NCBI GenBank assembly: GCA_965204725.1
Contig: OZ242005.1
Location: forward strand, 192,001 to 256,000
Direction of reading: 5' to 3'
DNA length: 64,000 bases
Source: Candidatus Latescibacterota bacterium
Lineage (GTDB): Bacteria; Latescibacterota; UBA2968; UBA8231
Below are positions 10,101 to 18,248 of the stretch, one piece after another. Numbering within the stretch: the first letter of the stretch is position 1; every line of letters begins with the position of its first letter. The notes under the pieces are model-generated. The model saw only the letters and a list, made by a program, of their open reading frames with translations, ran no database searches and was not told the DNA's origin. A program made the translations under genes and the position numbers.

Positions 10101-11720
10101 CTGCGTGGTCGGCTCGGTAGCCAGCACCACGGTGTAGCTTTTCGTGCCCCCGGCCTCATCGGCTATGTGAATGTCGCTCGCCGAAAACGACAACGCCGGG
10201 CTTGGCGCGGCCTCATTGTCGATGAGGCCGACGGTCATCGTATGGGTAAGGCCGTCGTAGTCCGCACCGCTTGCAGTAAACTTGATGGTCGCCTGCCGAC
10301 TAGCCCCTTGGTTGTACTCCGTATCTTCCACCCCGGAAAATGTCACGTTCTGCTTGGTCTTCCAGTTCGATGACGTAAAACTCAACGACGTTTTATCCAT
10401 AGTCACCAGAGTCGGGTCCTGATTGGTGAGGTTTATCGTGACATTCCCCTTGGGTTGGCTCGTTATCCACACCTTTTGAGTAACGGTCCCGCCCTCACGG
10501 ACGCTCAAAGACGAGTCGCGAACCTGTATGGTCGTCTGTTCATTGCTTGCCACAGCGACTCGCACTATGCCGCTGACATTGTTGTAGTTCCCGCCGCTCG
10601 CAGTGTGGGTGATCGTCGTCCGCCGTCCGAACTCATCGGCTACATCGTCATCAACCGCTGTCACGGTGATCGTCTGCGCTGTGTTCCAGTTCATTGTGGT
10701 GAAAGTCAAGCTCGAAGTTGACACCGTCGCCACGGTCTGATCGCTGTTCGACACCGCCACGGTGACCTGCACGGTCGGCTCGGCAGCCAGCACCACGGTG
10801 TAGCTTTTCGTGCCCCCGGCCTCATCGGCTATGTGAATGTCGCTCGCCGAAAACGACAACGCCGGGCTTGGCGCGGCCTCATTGTCGATGAGGTCGACGG
10901 TCATCCTAAGAGTAAAGCCGTCGTAGTCCGCATCGCTTGCAGTAAGCTTGATGGTCGCACGCCGACGAGCCCCACCGTTGTACTGAGTGTCTTCTACCCC
11001 AGAAAACGTCACGTCCTGCTTGGTCTCCCAGTTCGATGGCGTAAAACGCAACGACGTTTTATCCATGGTCACCAGCGTCGAGTTCTGATTGGTGAGGGTT
11101 ATCGTGACAATCCCTTTAGGTTCGCTCGTGATCCACACCTTTTGAGTAACGGTGCCGCCCTCGCGGACGCTCAAAGACGAGTCGCGAACCTGTATGGTCG
11201 CTTGGTCATCGTCTTGCACAGTGACTCGCACCGTGCCGCTGACATTGTTATAGCCCCCGCCGCTCGCAGTGTGAGTGATCGTCGTCCGCCGTCCGAACTC
11301 ATCGTCTATGTCGTCATCAACCGCTGTCACGGTGACCGTCTGCGCTGCATTCCAGTTCATTGTGGTGAAAGTCAAGCTCGAAGGAGATACCGTCGCCACG
11401 GTCCGGTCACCACTCGACACCGCCACGCTGACCGGCCCGGTCGGCTGGGTAGCCAGCACCACAGTATAACTCGTCGTGCCGGCGGCCTCACTGGCTATGT
11501 GAACGTTGCTCGCCGAAAACGTCAACGCCGGCGTGGTCTGCGCGTAGAGGGGGGCCGCGACGACGAGCGCGTACGCCAGACCGACAAACGCGCTGCCCAT
11601 TCGCCGACGCACGAGGAGATGTCTGCTACACCTTCGCAAGGGAGCCACAAACCGCACAAGGCCGGCGCTGCGGGGGCGCGTCAGACGACGGCTGCTTCCT
11701 ACAAAGGCTTTACTGACCAT
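7143..11720 (-). CDS. Giant secreted repeat protein (Calx-beta/cadherin-like repeats, putative Ig repeats, T9SS type A/FlgD-Ig-like CTD)
   Basis: Signal ending PLYAQ; three 222-aa repeats; LPxATGGxxPLTYSL Ig-like repeats; C-terminal NYPNPFNPTTTIQY...SGIYFYRL...KMVLLR. Confidence 0.85.
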   Translation of the reverse strand: MVSKAFVGSSRRLTRPRSAGLVRFVAPLRRCSRHLLVRRRMGSAFVGLAYALVVAAPLYAQTTPALTFSASNVHIASEAAGTTSYTVVLATQPTGPVSVAVSSGDRTVATVSPSSLTFTTMNWNAAQTVTVTAVDDDIDDEFGRRTTITHTASGGGYNNVSGTVRVTVQDDDQATIQVRDSSLSVREGGTVTQKVWITSEPKGIVTITLTNQNSTLVTMDKTSLRFTPSNWETKQDVTFSGVEDTQYNGGARRRATIKLTASDADYDGFTLRMTVDLIDNEAAPSPALSFSASDIHIADEAGGTKSYTVVLAAEPTVQVTVAVSNSDQTVATVSTSSLTFTTMNWNTAQTITVTAVDDDVADEFGRRTTITHTASGGNYNNVSGIVRVAVASNEQTTIQVRDSSLSVREGGTVTQKVWITSQPKGNVTINLTNQDPTLVTMDKTSLSFTSSNWKTKQNVTFSGVEDTEYNQGASRQATIKFTASGADYDGLTHTMTVGLIDNEAAPSPALSFSASDIHIADEAGGTKSYTVVLATEPTTQVTVAVASSDQTVATVSASSLTFTTMNWNTAQTVTATAVDDDVADEFGRRTTITHTASGGDYNNVSGTVRVVVANNEQVDIRVFDSSLSVREGGTVTQKVWITSEPKGNVTINLTTNQDPTLVTMDKTSLSFTPSNWKTKQNVTFSGVEDTEYNAGPRRRATFRFTASGADYDGRTLEMTVGLIDNDVVGPPAASPPVSSVPPVSSVPPSSFEDRFPAFADTAMIADLVAEVHQPIAPRKLPKATGGDPPLTYSLLGNLPDSLMFHADTRQLRGTPTTETDSAETMIYRVRDANYDADSLLFTITVTPPDLKPSFGDASIPALFAEVDQAVVWPLPSATGGDPPLRYSLWDLPDSLVFNAVKRQLVGAAMATDTTVATYAAIDADGDVATLPFPITIISPDLVPTFGDATLADLFAEVDRAIAPRTLPQAIGGNDPLTYSFLNLPDGLVFNAVKRQLGGAATATDTTVATYMATDADGDAATLLCTITIVPSDLEPTFGDATIEPLTATACQAVARPLPAATGGNGPLTYSLRNLPDGLVFNANSRQLKGSPAVLGDEGRMIAYTSIYAATDADGDAATLPFSITVQMGLDAPDWMRAENYLGADRAGGWDGSVLLTWALSRNHALLDAYRIYREVRMTHSADEHGRVVALDQPRAEFVPWARIDAVPGVSVGSALVKTLDYRATRWAVAAECGGQRACLRVAGDPGSGCRVGCPRDAPEWVRAEDYLGADLAGGWRGSVLLTWALPSEHAAVDAYRIYREVWMTHSADEHGRVVALAEPRAEFIPWARVDAVPGVSVGSALVQTLDYRATRWAVAAECGGQRTYLRITSGTNGAARPKAVSSEVRLNPQGAQDVAVLLPEAFAFTEQDAALKSQAAPVAQSAMTATEGRVGSIGKFALGPNYPNPFNPTTTIQYGLPQAAAVQLTVHNALGQVVRTLVAEHQSAGHYAVNYDGRDDHGQPLASGIYFYRLQAGSISRVEKMVLLR
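9545..11531 (-). repeat. Three intragenic tandem repeats with 666-bp period
   Basis: CCGAAAAC anchor recurs at 10181, 10847 and 11513; translated units are near-identical. Confidence 0.92.
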
Positions 11721-11800
11721 ATAGCAATCCTACATCATTGCAAGACTGGATTCCCCCCCCGTGTCGGGGCACGGGGGGAACGTTCTTGCGCGGGAAGGAC
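11719..11800. repeat. Partial MITE-like element with ATTCCC-type palindrome and inserted CCCGTGTCGGGGCACGGG hairpin
   Basis: ATATAGCAATCCTACATCATTGCAAGACTGGATTCCC matches the reverse complement of 23718-23753 except for one indel; the inner hairpin matches 39719-39770. Confidence 0.8.
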
Positions 11801-11840
11801 AGCTTAAACGGGTTCGGATAGAACGATATTACGCGGTGCC

Positions 11841-12728
11841 CTACTCGGCTCGGTCTAACAGGAGCCTAAAGGCGTCAAGGCTCGGCACCTGTATAGCCTC
11901 CCGATGCAACTGCTTGAGGCGCTGCACATCGTCGGTGGCCTCAATGCGAGCGGCCAACGGATCCGACGCAGCCAGCCCAAAGCGAATCTCTAGCACCTCA
12001 AGCAGAGCTTCAATGGTGCGTTCTCGGCCGCCCTGCTTAATCCCCTGCTCAATGCCCTTTTCCGTGAAATACTGCGCTACCGACGACTCGTACATAGTTT
12101 CCTCCTCGATGATGGTCATAATCGTCTCTAAGTTATACACCAACCCACTTAACATCGCAAGATCGGCCATATAATTGGCCTTGCGGCTCTCGTCCATCGG
12201 CACCTGTTGCGCCCGGTTGACGCACTGGCGTAGCCATCCTTCGGCGTCCATCCCCTCAGGCGGCTGCATCAGTGGCGCAAACGGCAGCAAGCCCGAAGGC
12301 CCCGCGGCGAGGATGCGTTGGCCATCTATCTCGATCAGCCGAATGACCTTGTATTGGACTAAGACGCGGTAGCCGCGCCGCTCTTGGACGTAGTAGCCCG
12401 GATCGTTTCGGCCGGCGTCTGGACGGAGATAGATGACGTTGGAATAGATCGGCCGGCGGTGTTGCTCAATGCCGCGTCCGATATAGCCGGCCATGCGGAG
12501 CGGCATAGGGGGGTTGCTGTCGGTGGTTTGGAACTCGTGATGGACCAACGCCTTCTGATCGCCAATTTTGACGCGGATGAGGCTGTCGGTGCGGTGGGTT
12601 TCGACGGTGGTTTGCTCGGTATCGACGACGCCGAGGATTTGGATGTCGTCTTGCTGGAGGGCGAAGCGGGCGAAGTCTGCCGGGTAGGTGTGGATGAGGT
12701 GTTTGGCGATGGTGTCGAATTCGGCCAT
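11841..12728 (-). CDS. Rpn/YhgA-like recombination-promoting nuclease (putative transposase), PD-(D/E)XK type
   Basis: FDTIAKHL, RTDSL, HHEFQT..MPLRMAGY, LLPFAPLM, EKGIEQGIKQG, LEIRFG. Confidence 0.8.
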   Translation of the reverse strand: MAEFDTIAKHLIHTYPADFARFALQQDDIQILGVVDTEQTTVETHRTDSLIRVKIGDQKALVHHEFQTTDSNPPMPLRMAGYIGRGIEQHRRPIYSNVIYLRPDAGRNDPGYYVQERRGYRVLVQYKVIRLIEIDGQRILAAGPSGLLPFAPLMQPPEGMDAEGWLRQCVNRAQQVPMDESRKANYMADLAMLSGLVYNLETIMTIIEEETMYESSVAQYFTEKGIEQGIKQGGRERTIEALLEVLEIRFGLAASDPLAARIEATDDVQRLKQLHREAIQVPSLDAFRLLLDRAE

Positions 12729-12922
12729 GGGTTTTGCCTTGGTTGCGGGTGGGGTGGGCTGGTATGTGCAACCGGCAAGAATCGTGCCACGGCGGCGGCT
12801 CATAGGGGAGGGCTGGGGATCGGCGGCGTGGGTGTGTAGCGAAAAGGGGACAGGCGTGGGGCGTTGGGGAGAAAGTTTGACTGGCTTCCCGCATGACCCA
12901 AAGTGGGTTCTCAGACAGCCTC

Positions 12923-14074
12923 TTACATTTTTCTAACCTCGTCAAAGAACGTCTTAAAGGAGCCCGTGGCGGCGTGATCCCAACGGTCAAAGGTCGCTTG
13001 CAGCACGGCTAGCCAACGCTCTTTGGGCAGGCTTTGCACCGCTAAGCAGACGTAATAGGCATCGGTCAACGCCAAGCCGCGTCGCCCCTCCACGAGGGCT
13101 TGCTCTATGCGCTCGACCCATGGCGTCACCTCGGGCAAGGCTTCGACGCACCGCGCCTTGTGCTGGACAAAGTTGGCCAAGTGTTTGACCAAGCTCCGGC
13201 TGACGTCGTGCCGCTTTGCCGTGCCGGATACGTCGTTGAGGTCCAACTCGCCCCGGTGATACAATGCCAACAACTGCTGAGTGAGCGTGCGTTGCTGAGC
13301 ACTAACGGTTGCTTGCCGAGCGCGGCGCAAGCCACTGGTGAGGGCTGACATCTCGTGGCAGCAGTTGAGCCAGCGCACCCCTTTGGAGACCACCGAGCGC
13401 ATGGACGCGCCCGGGCCGACAGCCGTGCCCATGGCCTTGCCGCTGGCCGCACACGCCGCCCCCACGCGGCTGAAGGCCTCCTGCACGCGCTCGTGGTCTA
13501 TGTGGGGGACGCCGGCGCGCTCGACGCCGTAGCTGTGCGCCAAGTCGCTCGGCCCCACGAAGAGCAAGTCGATTCCTTCAACCGCGGCAATCGCTTCCAC
13601 CGCCTCCACGCCCTCGGCGTCTTCGATCATCACGCCGAGCAAGGTCTCGGCATCGGCCCTTCCCATGTACTCGGCCGAATCGAGCGTCCCGTAGTCCGAA
13701 TCCCGGCCGCAGCCTACGCCGCGCAAGCCCAGCGGCCGGAACTTGGCCATCCGCACGAAGGCGCGTGCTTCGTCGGCACTCTTGCAATGGGGCCAAACCA
13801 ACCCCTCGGCCCCTAACTCCAGCGGCTTGATCACTTGGTTGTACGGTCCCTTGGGGATGCGAACCACGGAATTGACCCCGGTGGCTCGCGCCGCCAAAAT
13901 CAGCGGCGAAAGCGCGTTTAGCTCTAGATGGGAATGCTCCATGTCGATCCAGACGCAGCCAAAACCCGCTTGGGCGGCCAGCTCGACTACGACCGGGTCG
14001 AAGATCCGGTTGATTTCGACGACCTCTACCGTCGCCCCTCCGAGCAGGGCGGCCTTAGTCTGATTGGTTTTCAC
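12923..14074 (-). CDS. HpcH/HpaI aldolase family protein with about 125-aa C-terminal extension
   Basis: WIDMEH, VVRIP, PLGLRG, MIED, LFVGPSDL. Confidence 0.85.
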   Translation of the reverse strand: MKTNQTKAALLGGATVEVVEINRIFDPVVVELAAQAGFGCVWIDMEHSHLELNALSPLILAARATGVNSVVRIPKGPYNQVIKPLELGAEGLVWPHCKSADEARAFVRMAKFRPLGLRGVGCGRDSDYGTLDSAEYMGRADAETLLGVMIEDAEGVEAVEAIAAVEGIDLLFVGPSDLAHSYGVERAGVPHIDHERVQEAFSRVGAACAASGKAMGTAVGPGASMRSVVSKGVRWLNCCHEMSALTSGLRRARQATVSAQQRTLTQQLLALYHRGELDLNDVSGTAKRHDVSRSLVKHLANFVQHKARCVEALPEVTPWVERIEQALVEGRRGLALTDAYYVCLAVQSLPKERWLAVLQATFDRWDHAATGSFKTFFDEVRKM

Positions 14075-14173
14075 GATGCCTCCTAATTGGCGTACCCTGC
14101 TCGCTTTCTCAGGGCGTTTTTTCTATATTCGCCCACTTGTCAACGCCCATTGTAAAATCACAGGAGACCTGTT

Positions 14174-14905
14174 ATGGCAGCAAGTGGACCCGTTCCCGCC
14201 GCCCGCGCCCAAGGCCGTGGCCCCACCATCTGGCTGGCCGGATCGCCCGACGAGCTAAAGGAGTGGATGCCCCTCGGAATCGCCGGAATCGTCACCAACA
14301 CGGTGGTGCTCAACCAATACGCCCAGCAATGCGGCTCGGTCATCGGCCTGATAGAGCAATACCTCGCGCTCACCGACAAGCCCGTGGTGGTGGAAATCGA
14401 CGGGCACTGCGTTGAAGAGCTTTTGGAAGTCGGGGAAGTTTTCACCAACTTGTCCGATCAGATCATCCTCAAGATACCCTGCAACGTCAACGGACTCAAA
14501 GCATTCAGCATCCTCAAGGACCGCGGGGTCGAGACCTTCTGTACCACGGTGTTCTCCCTGACGCAAGCCGCGGCCGTCGCCCAAGCCGGGGTCAATCACA
14601 TCTTGCCGTTCTGCGAGCCTGTTAAGGAAGTGGGCGGCGACCCGACCAAGCTGATCCGCGAGTGCGCCCAAATGTTCGGCGGCTGGGGCCAGCGGCCCTT
14701 CATTATGGCCGCCCTCATCCGCTCGGTGGAGACCGCGCACGCCGCCTTCCGCGACGGGGCCGACGAGCTGGTCACCATGTGGACGGTGTACCGCGACATG
14801 ATGGACCACCCGCTAACCGCCCAGTGGAACAAGACCTTTATGGACGAGTGGATCGACATGCACCAGAGCGGCTTGTTGGAGGGCGTCCCCGTCCGCTCCC
14901 ACTGA
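14174..14905 (+). CDS. Divergent transaldolase/fructose-6-phosphate aldolase family protein
   Basis: GIVTN, ILKIP (Schiff-base Lys), TVFSLTQA, HPLT. Confidence 0.8.
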   Translation: MAASGPVPAARAQGRGPTIWLAGSPDELKEWMPLGIAGIVTNTVVLNQYAQQCGSVIGLIEQYLALTDKPVVVEIDGHCVEELLEVGEVFTNLSDQIILKIPCNVNGLKAFSILKDRGVETFCTTVFSLTQAAAVAQAGVNHILPFCEPVKEVGGDPTKLIRECAQMFGGWGQRPFIMAALIRSVETAHAAFRDGADELVTMWTVYRDMMDHPLTAQWNKTFMDEWIDMHQSGLLEGVPVRSH

Positions 14906-14912
14906 CGCGACG

Positions 14913-14961
14913 CGCCCTCACCCGCGCTCGGCCGGGATCTGGCGCAGCAATTCGCTCCAAG
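14913..14961 (+). repeat. 49-bp direct repeat, copy 1 (orphan duplicate of the 3' end of the 17439-18224 aldolase gene)
   Basis: CGCCCTCACCCGCGCTCGGCCGGGATCTGGCGCAGCAATTCGCTCCAAG; 48/49 identical to 17434-17482. Confidence 0.95.
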
Positions 14962-14991
14962 GGGAACTCAACATCAACCAAGGAGTTCGTC

Positions 14992-17403
14992 ATGTTCAGT
15001 CAAGCCTTTGTAGGAATCAGTCGTCGGTCTGGCGTTCGCGCTCGTCAGTCGTCGGTCTGGCGTTCGCGCTCGTCAGTCGTCGGTCTGGCGTTCGCGCTCG
15101 TCGTCGCGGGAACCTTCGGGCCGTATCCGCTCTACGCGCAGGATGGTGGTACGCCCCCACCGCCGGACTTGTCGTTGTCGACAAGCATTATCGAAATATC
15201 TGAGGGCGACACGGGGACCTACGCCGTGGTCCCCGTTGGTCAGACGACCGGGATTGTCACCGTGATGGTGTCAACTGGCGACCCTAATGTAGCGACGGTA
15301 TCGCCTTCGATATTGGTCTTCAGCCCACCGACGTACAGTGAAACGTCGGTAACGGTGAGAGCGATTGATAACGATATAGTCAATCCGCCCCGGAGTACGA
15401 CGATCACCCACACTGCGACTGGCTACCCCTCCCGCACATTGGTCGTCCGCGTGACAGACGATGAGGCGAGCATATCTGAACCTTATGTCCCGGAGAATCT
15501 GCTGCCGGCTTTCGCGGACACCGCGATGATTGCCGACCTCGTCGCCGAGGTCCGCCAACCGATTGCCCCGCGGAGACTGCCTAAGGCCACTGGCGGCGAC
15601 CCCCCGCTGACCTATAGCTTGCTCGGCAACCTGCCAGATGGCTTGATGTTCCACGCCGCCACCCGCCAGTTGCGGGGCACTCCCACCACCGAAACCGACA
15701 GCGCCGAGACCATGATTTACAGGGTCCGCGATGCCAACTATGATGCCGATACTCTGATGTTTGCCATCACGGTCACGCCCCCGGATCTAAAACCGTCCTT
15801 TGGCGACGCGAACATTCCCGCTCTGTTCGCCGAAGTGAACCAAGCGGTTGTTTGGCCCCTGCCGGCGGCCACCGGCGGCGATCCCCCGCTGCGGTATAGC
15901 CTGTCCAACCTGCCGGACGGCTTGGCACTCAACCCGGTGTGGCAACAGTTGCAGGGTGCGGCGACAGCCACGGACACGACCATCGCCGCCTATACAGCTA
16001 CGGATGTCGATGGCGATACAGCGACGTTGACGTTTGCCGTCACCATCATCAACCCAGACCTAACGCCGACCTTTGGCGACGCGAGGGTGGCCGATCTCGT
16101 CGTCGAGGTGGACCAAGCGATTGATCCGGTGGACCTGCCGGCCGCTGGCGGCGGCAACGGTCCGCTGCGATATAGCCTGTCGAACCTGCCAGACGGCTGG
16201 GCGTTCCATGCCGCCACCCGCCAGTTGCGCGGCGCAGCGACAGCCCCCGACACGATCACCGCCACCTACACGGCCACCGACGCCGACGGCGATGCGGCCA
16301 CCCTGACGTTTACCATCGTCATCATCGCCCCGGATCTAACGCCCGCCTTTGGCGACGCGACGCTTGGGCTGCTGACGGCGACCGCTTGCCAAGCGATTGA
16401 TTGGACGCTGCCGGCCGCCAGTGGCGGCAACGACCCGCTGACGTATAGTCTGTCAAACCTGCCGGACGGCCTTGTGTTCCACGCCGACACCCGCCGGTTG
16501 CAGGGCATTCCCACAGCCCTGAGCGACGAGGGCCAGACGATCACCATACAGGGAACCTACACGGCGCAAGATGCCGACGGCGATGCAGCCACCCTGCCCT
16601 TCACTCTAACGGTCTATACTGGATTGGATGCTCCCGATTGGGTGCGAGCCGAAAACTACCTCGGGGCCGATAGCACGGGTACTTGGGGCGGCTCGGTGCT
16701 GCTGACGTGGGCTTTGCCGAGTCAGCATGCCGGCGTGGACGCTTACCGCATTTACCGCGAGGTGCGGATAACGCACAGCACCGACGAGCACGGTCAGTTG
16801 GTCGCGCTGGACGAACCCCGCGACGAGTTCGTCCCGTGGGCTCGGGTGGATGCGGTGCCGGGCGTTTCGGTGGGGCGCGCCCTCGTGCGGACGCTGGATT
16901 ATCAGGCGACCCGCTGGGCGGTAGCTGCCGAGTGCGGCGGCCAGCGCACCTCCTTGACGGTCGCCCAAGCCAAAGCAGTGCCCCGCGACAGGGCCGCGCT
17001 GCTGCCGCAAGCCTTCGTCTTTGCCCAGCAGGGCGCGGCTCCGCCGCCGAAACGCCAAGCGGTCGTGCAATCGGCCATGACCACCACCGAAGGGCGCGTC
17101 GGGGCCATCCACCCCAGCACCCCGGCCGCATTGGCCCTCGGCCCCAACTATCCCAACCCGTTCAACCCGGCCACGACGATTCAATACTGGCTGCCGCAAG
17201 CTGCCGAGGTGCAGTTGACCATTCACAATGCCTTAGGGCAGGTGGTCCGCACCCTCGTGGCCGAGCATCAGTTCGCGGGTCGCTACGCCGTCAACTACGA
17301 CGGGCGCGACGACCACGGGCAGCCCTTGGCGGCGGGGCTATACTTCTACCGGCTGCAAGCCGGCCCGGTTTCTCAGGTCGGGAAGATGGTCCTGCTCAAG
17401 TAG
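14992..17403 (+). CDS. Secreted Ig-repeat protein with T9SS type A/FlgD-Ig-like CTD; shorter paralog of 7143-11720
   Basis: RBS AAGGAG then MFSQAFVG (paralog: MVSKAFVG); PLYAQ; shared Ig repeats; NYPNPFNP...KMVLLK. Confidence 0.87.
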   Translation: MFSQAFVGISRRSGVRARQSSVWRSRSSVVGLAFALVVAGTFGPYPLYAQDGGTPPPPDLSLSTSIIEISEGDTGTYAVVPVGQTTGIVTVMVSTGDPNVATVSPSILVFSPPTYSETSVTVRAIDNDIVNPPRSTTITHTATGYPSRTLVVRVTDDEASISEPYVPENLLPAFADTAMIADLVAEVRQPIAPRRLPKATGGDPPLTYSLLGNLPDGLMFHAATRQLRGTPTTETDSAETMIYRVRDANYDADTLMFAITVTPPDLKPSFGDANIPALFAEVNQAVVWPLPAATGGDPPLRYSLSNLPDGLALNPVWQQLQGAATATDTTIAAYTATDVDGDTATLTFAVTIINPDLTPTFGDARVADLVVEVDQAIDPVDLPAAGGGNGPLRYSLSNLPDGWAFHAATRQLRGAATAPDTITATYTATDADGDAATLTFTIVIIAPDLTPAFGDATLGLLTATACQAIDWTLPAASGGNDPLTYSLSNLPDGLVFHADTRRLQGIPTALSDEGQTITIQGTYTAQDADGDAATLPFTLTVYTGLDAPDWVRAENYLGADSTGTWGGSVLLTWALPSQHAGVDAYRIYREVRITHSTDEHGQLVALDEPRDEFVPWARVDAVPGVSVGRALVRTLDYQATRWAVAAECGGQRTSLTVAQAKAVPRDRAALLPQAFVFAQQGAAPPPKRQAVVQSAMTTTEGRVGAIHPSTPAALALGPNYPNPFNPATTIQYWLPQAAEVQLTIHNALGQVVRTLVAEHQFAGRYAVNYDGRDDHGQPLAAGLYFYRLQAGPVSQVGKMVLLK
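15019..15102 (+). repeat. Perfect 28-bp x3 tandem repeat in signal-peptide coding region
   Basis: AGTCGTCGGTCTGGCGTTCGCGCTCGTC at 15019, 15047 and 15075. Confidence 0.95.
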
Positions 17404-17433
17404 GACCAAGGTGCTTATGGACGAGTTGCTTGC

Positions 17434-17482
17434 CGCCCTCACCCGCGCTCGGTCGGGATCTGGCGCAGCAATTCGCTCCAAG
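17434..17482 (+). repeat. 49-bp direct repeat, copy 2 (functional 3' end of the aldolase gene)
   Basis: Matches 14913-14961 with one C/T mismatch; contains the aldolase stop codon. Confidence 0.95.
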
Positions 17483-18224
17483 CCGCGCCCAAGTCCATCA
17501 CGTCGCCGCCGCAGATTACCAAGTCGCAGCCCGCGTCCATGGCGGCCGTCAGCAGCGACCCCGGCAAGGTGAAGATGCCGCTCAGCTTGCCGACCGCCCG
17601 CGCTTTGGCCACGCACGAGAGCACGGCCTCGCGCAGCCCGGGATCGTCCATCTGGCCGGTGCAGCCCATGCTGACGGCCAAATCGCTCGGCCCCATGAAA
17701 ATCCCAGAGAGGCCCTCCACTGCGAGTATTGCATCGACATTCTTCACGGCCTCCACAGTCTCAATCTGGACCAAGAGATGGGTGCGCGCATTGGCGCGGG
17801 CTAGGGCGTCTTGGAGGTTTTCCATGCCAAAGCCCATGCCGCGCGTCCGCACGTTGAAGCCGCGCCGCCCCAACGGCGGGTACTTGCCGGCCTCGACGAT
17901 GCGGCGTGCGTACTCCGCATCGTCCACCATGGGGACGAGAATGATCCGCGCCCCGATTTCGAGTGCGCGCAGCACGTGGTGGCGCTCGCCGTCGGGCAGG
18001 CGGATGAGCGGGAAAATGCCGCCGGCCTCTGCGGCCAAGCACAAGGTCTCGGCGCGCTCAAAGCCGACCGGGCCGTGTTCGCTTTCGATCCACACCGCTT
18101 CAAAACCGACCTGCGCCGCCAGCGAGACGAGCAAGGGCGAGGCGCTGTTGACGGTGACGCCGCGAATTCGGCGCGGCCGCCCAGCCTGATCCAAGAATAC
18201 ATCGTCGGTGATTTTTAAGGCCAT
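17439..18224 (-). CDS. HpcH/HpaI aldolase family protein
   Basis: WIESEH, LIRLP, KYPPLGRRG, VQIET, FMGPSDL. Confidence 0.88.
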   Translation of the reverse strand: MALKITDDVFLDQAGRPRRIRGVTVNSASPLLVSLAAQVGFEAVWIESEHGPVGFERAETLCLAAEAGGIFPLIRLPDGERHHVLRALEIGARIILVPMVDDAEYARRIVEAGKYPPLGRRGFNVRTRGMGFGMENLQDALARANARTHLLVQIETVEAVKNVDAILAVEGLSGIFMGPSDLAVSMGCTGQMDDPGLREAVLSCVAKARAVGKLSGIFTLPGSLLTAAMDAGCDLVICGGDVMDLGAAWSELLRQIPTERG

Positions 18225-18248
18225 GAACGTTTCTCTCGTTTGAATGAT

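Noticed and set aside
11841-12728. Autonomous IS element
   Set aside because: No paired terminal inverted repeats or target duplication found; Rpn/YhgA-like proteins are not shown to be true transposases.
14662-14991. N-terminal extension of the 913-aa ORF
   Set aside because: It overlaps the transaldolase gene; the RBS and paralog similarity support ATG 14992.
15019-15102. 28-bp repeats as CRISPR repeats
   Set aside because: No spacers; the repeats lie inside a coding signal-peptide region.
7143-17403. Diversity-generating retroelement behind the paralog similarity
   Set aside because: No reverse transcriptase, and differences between copies are not visibly adenine-specific.
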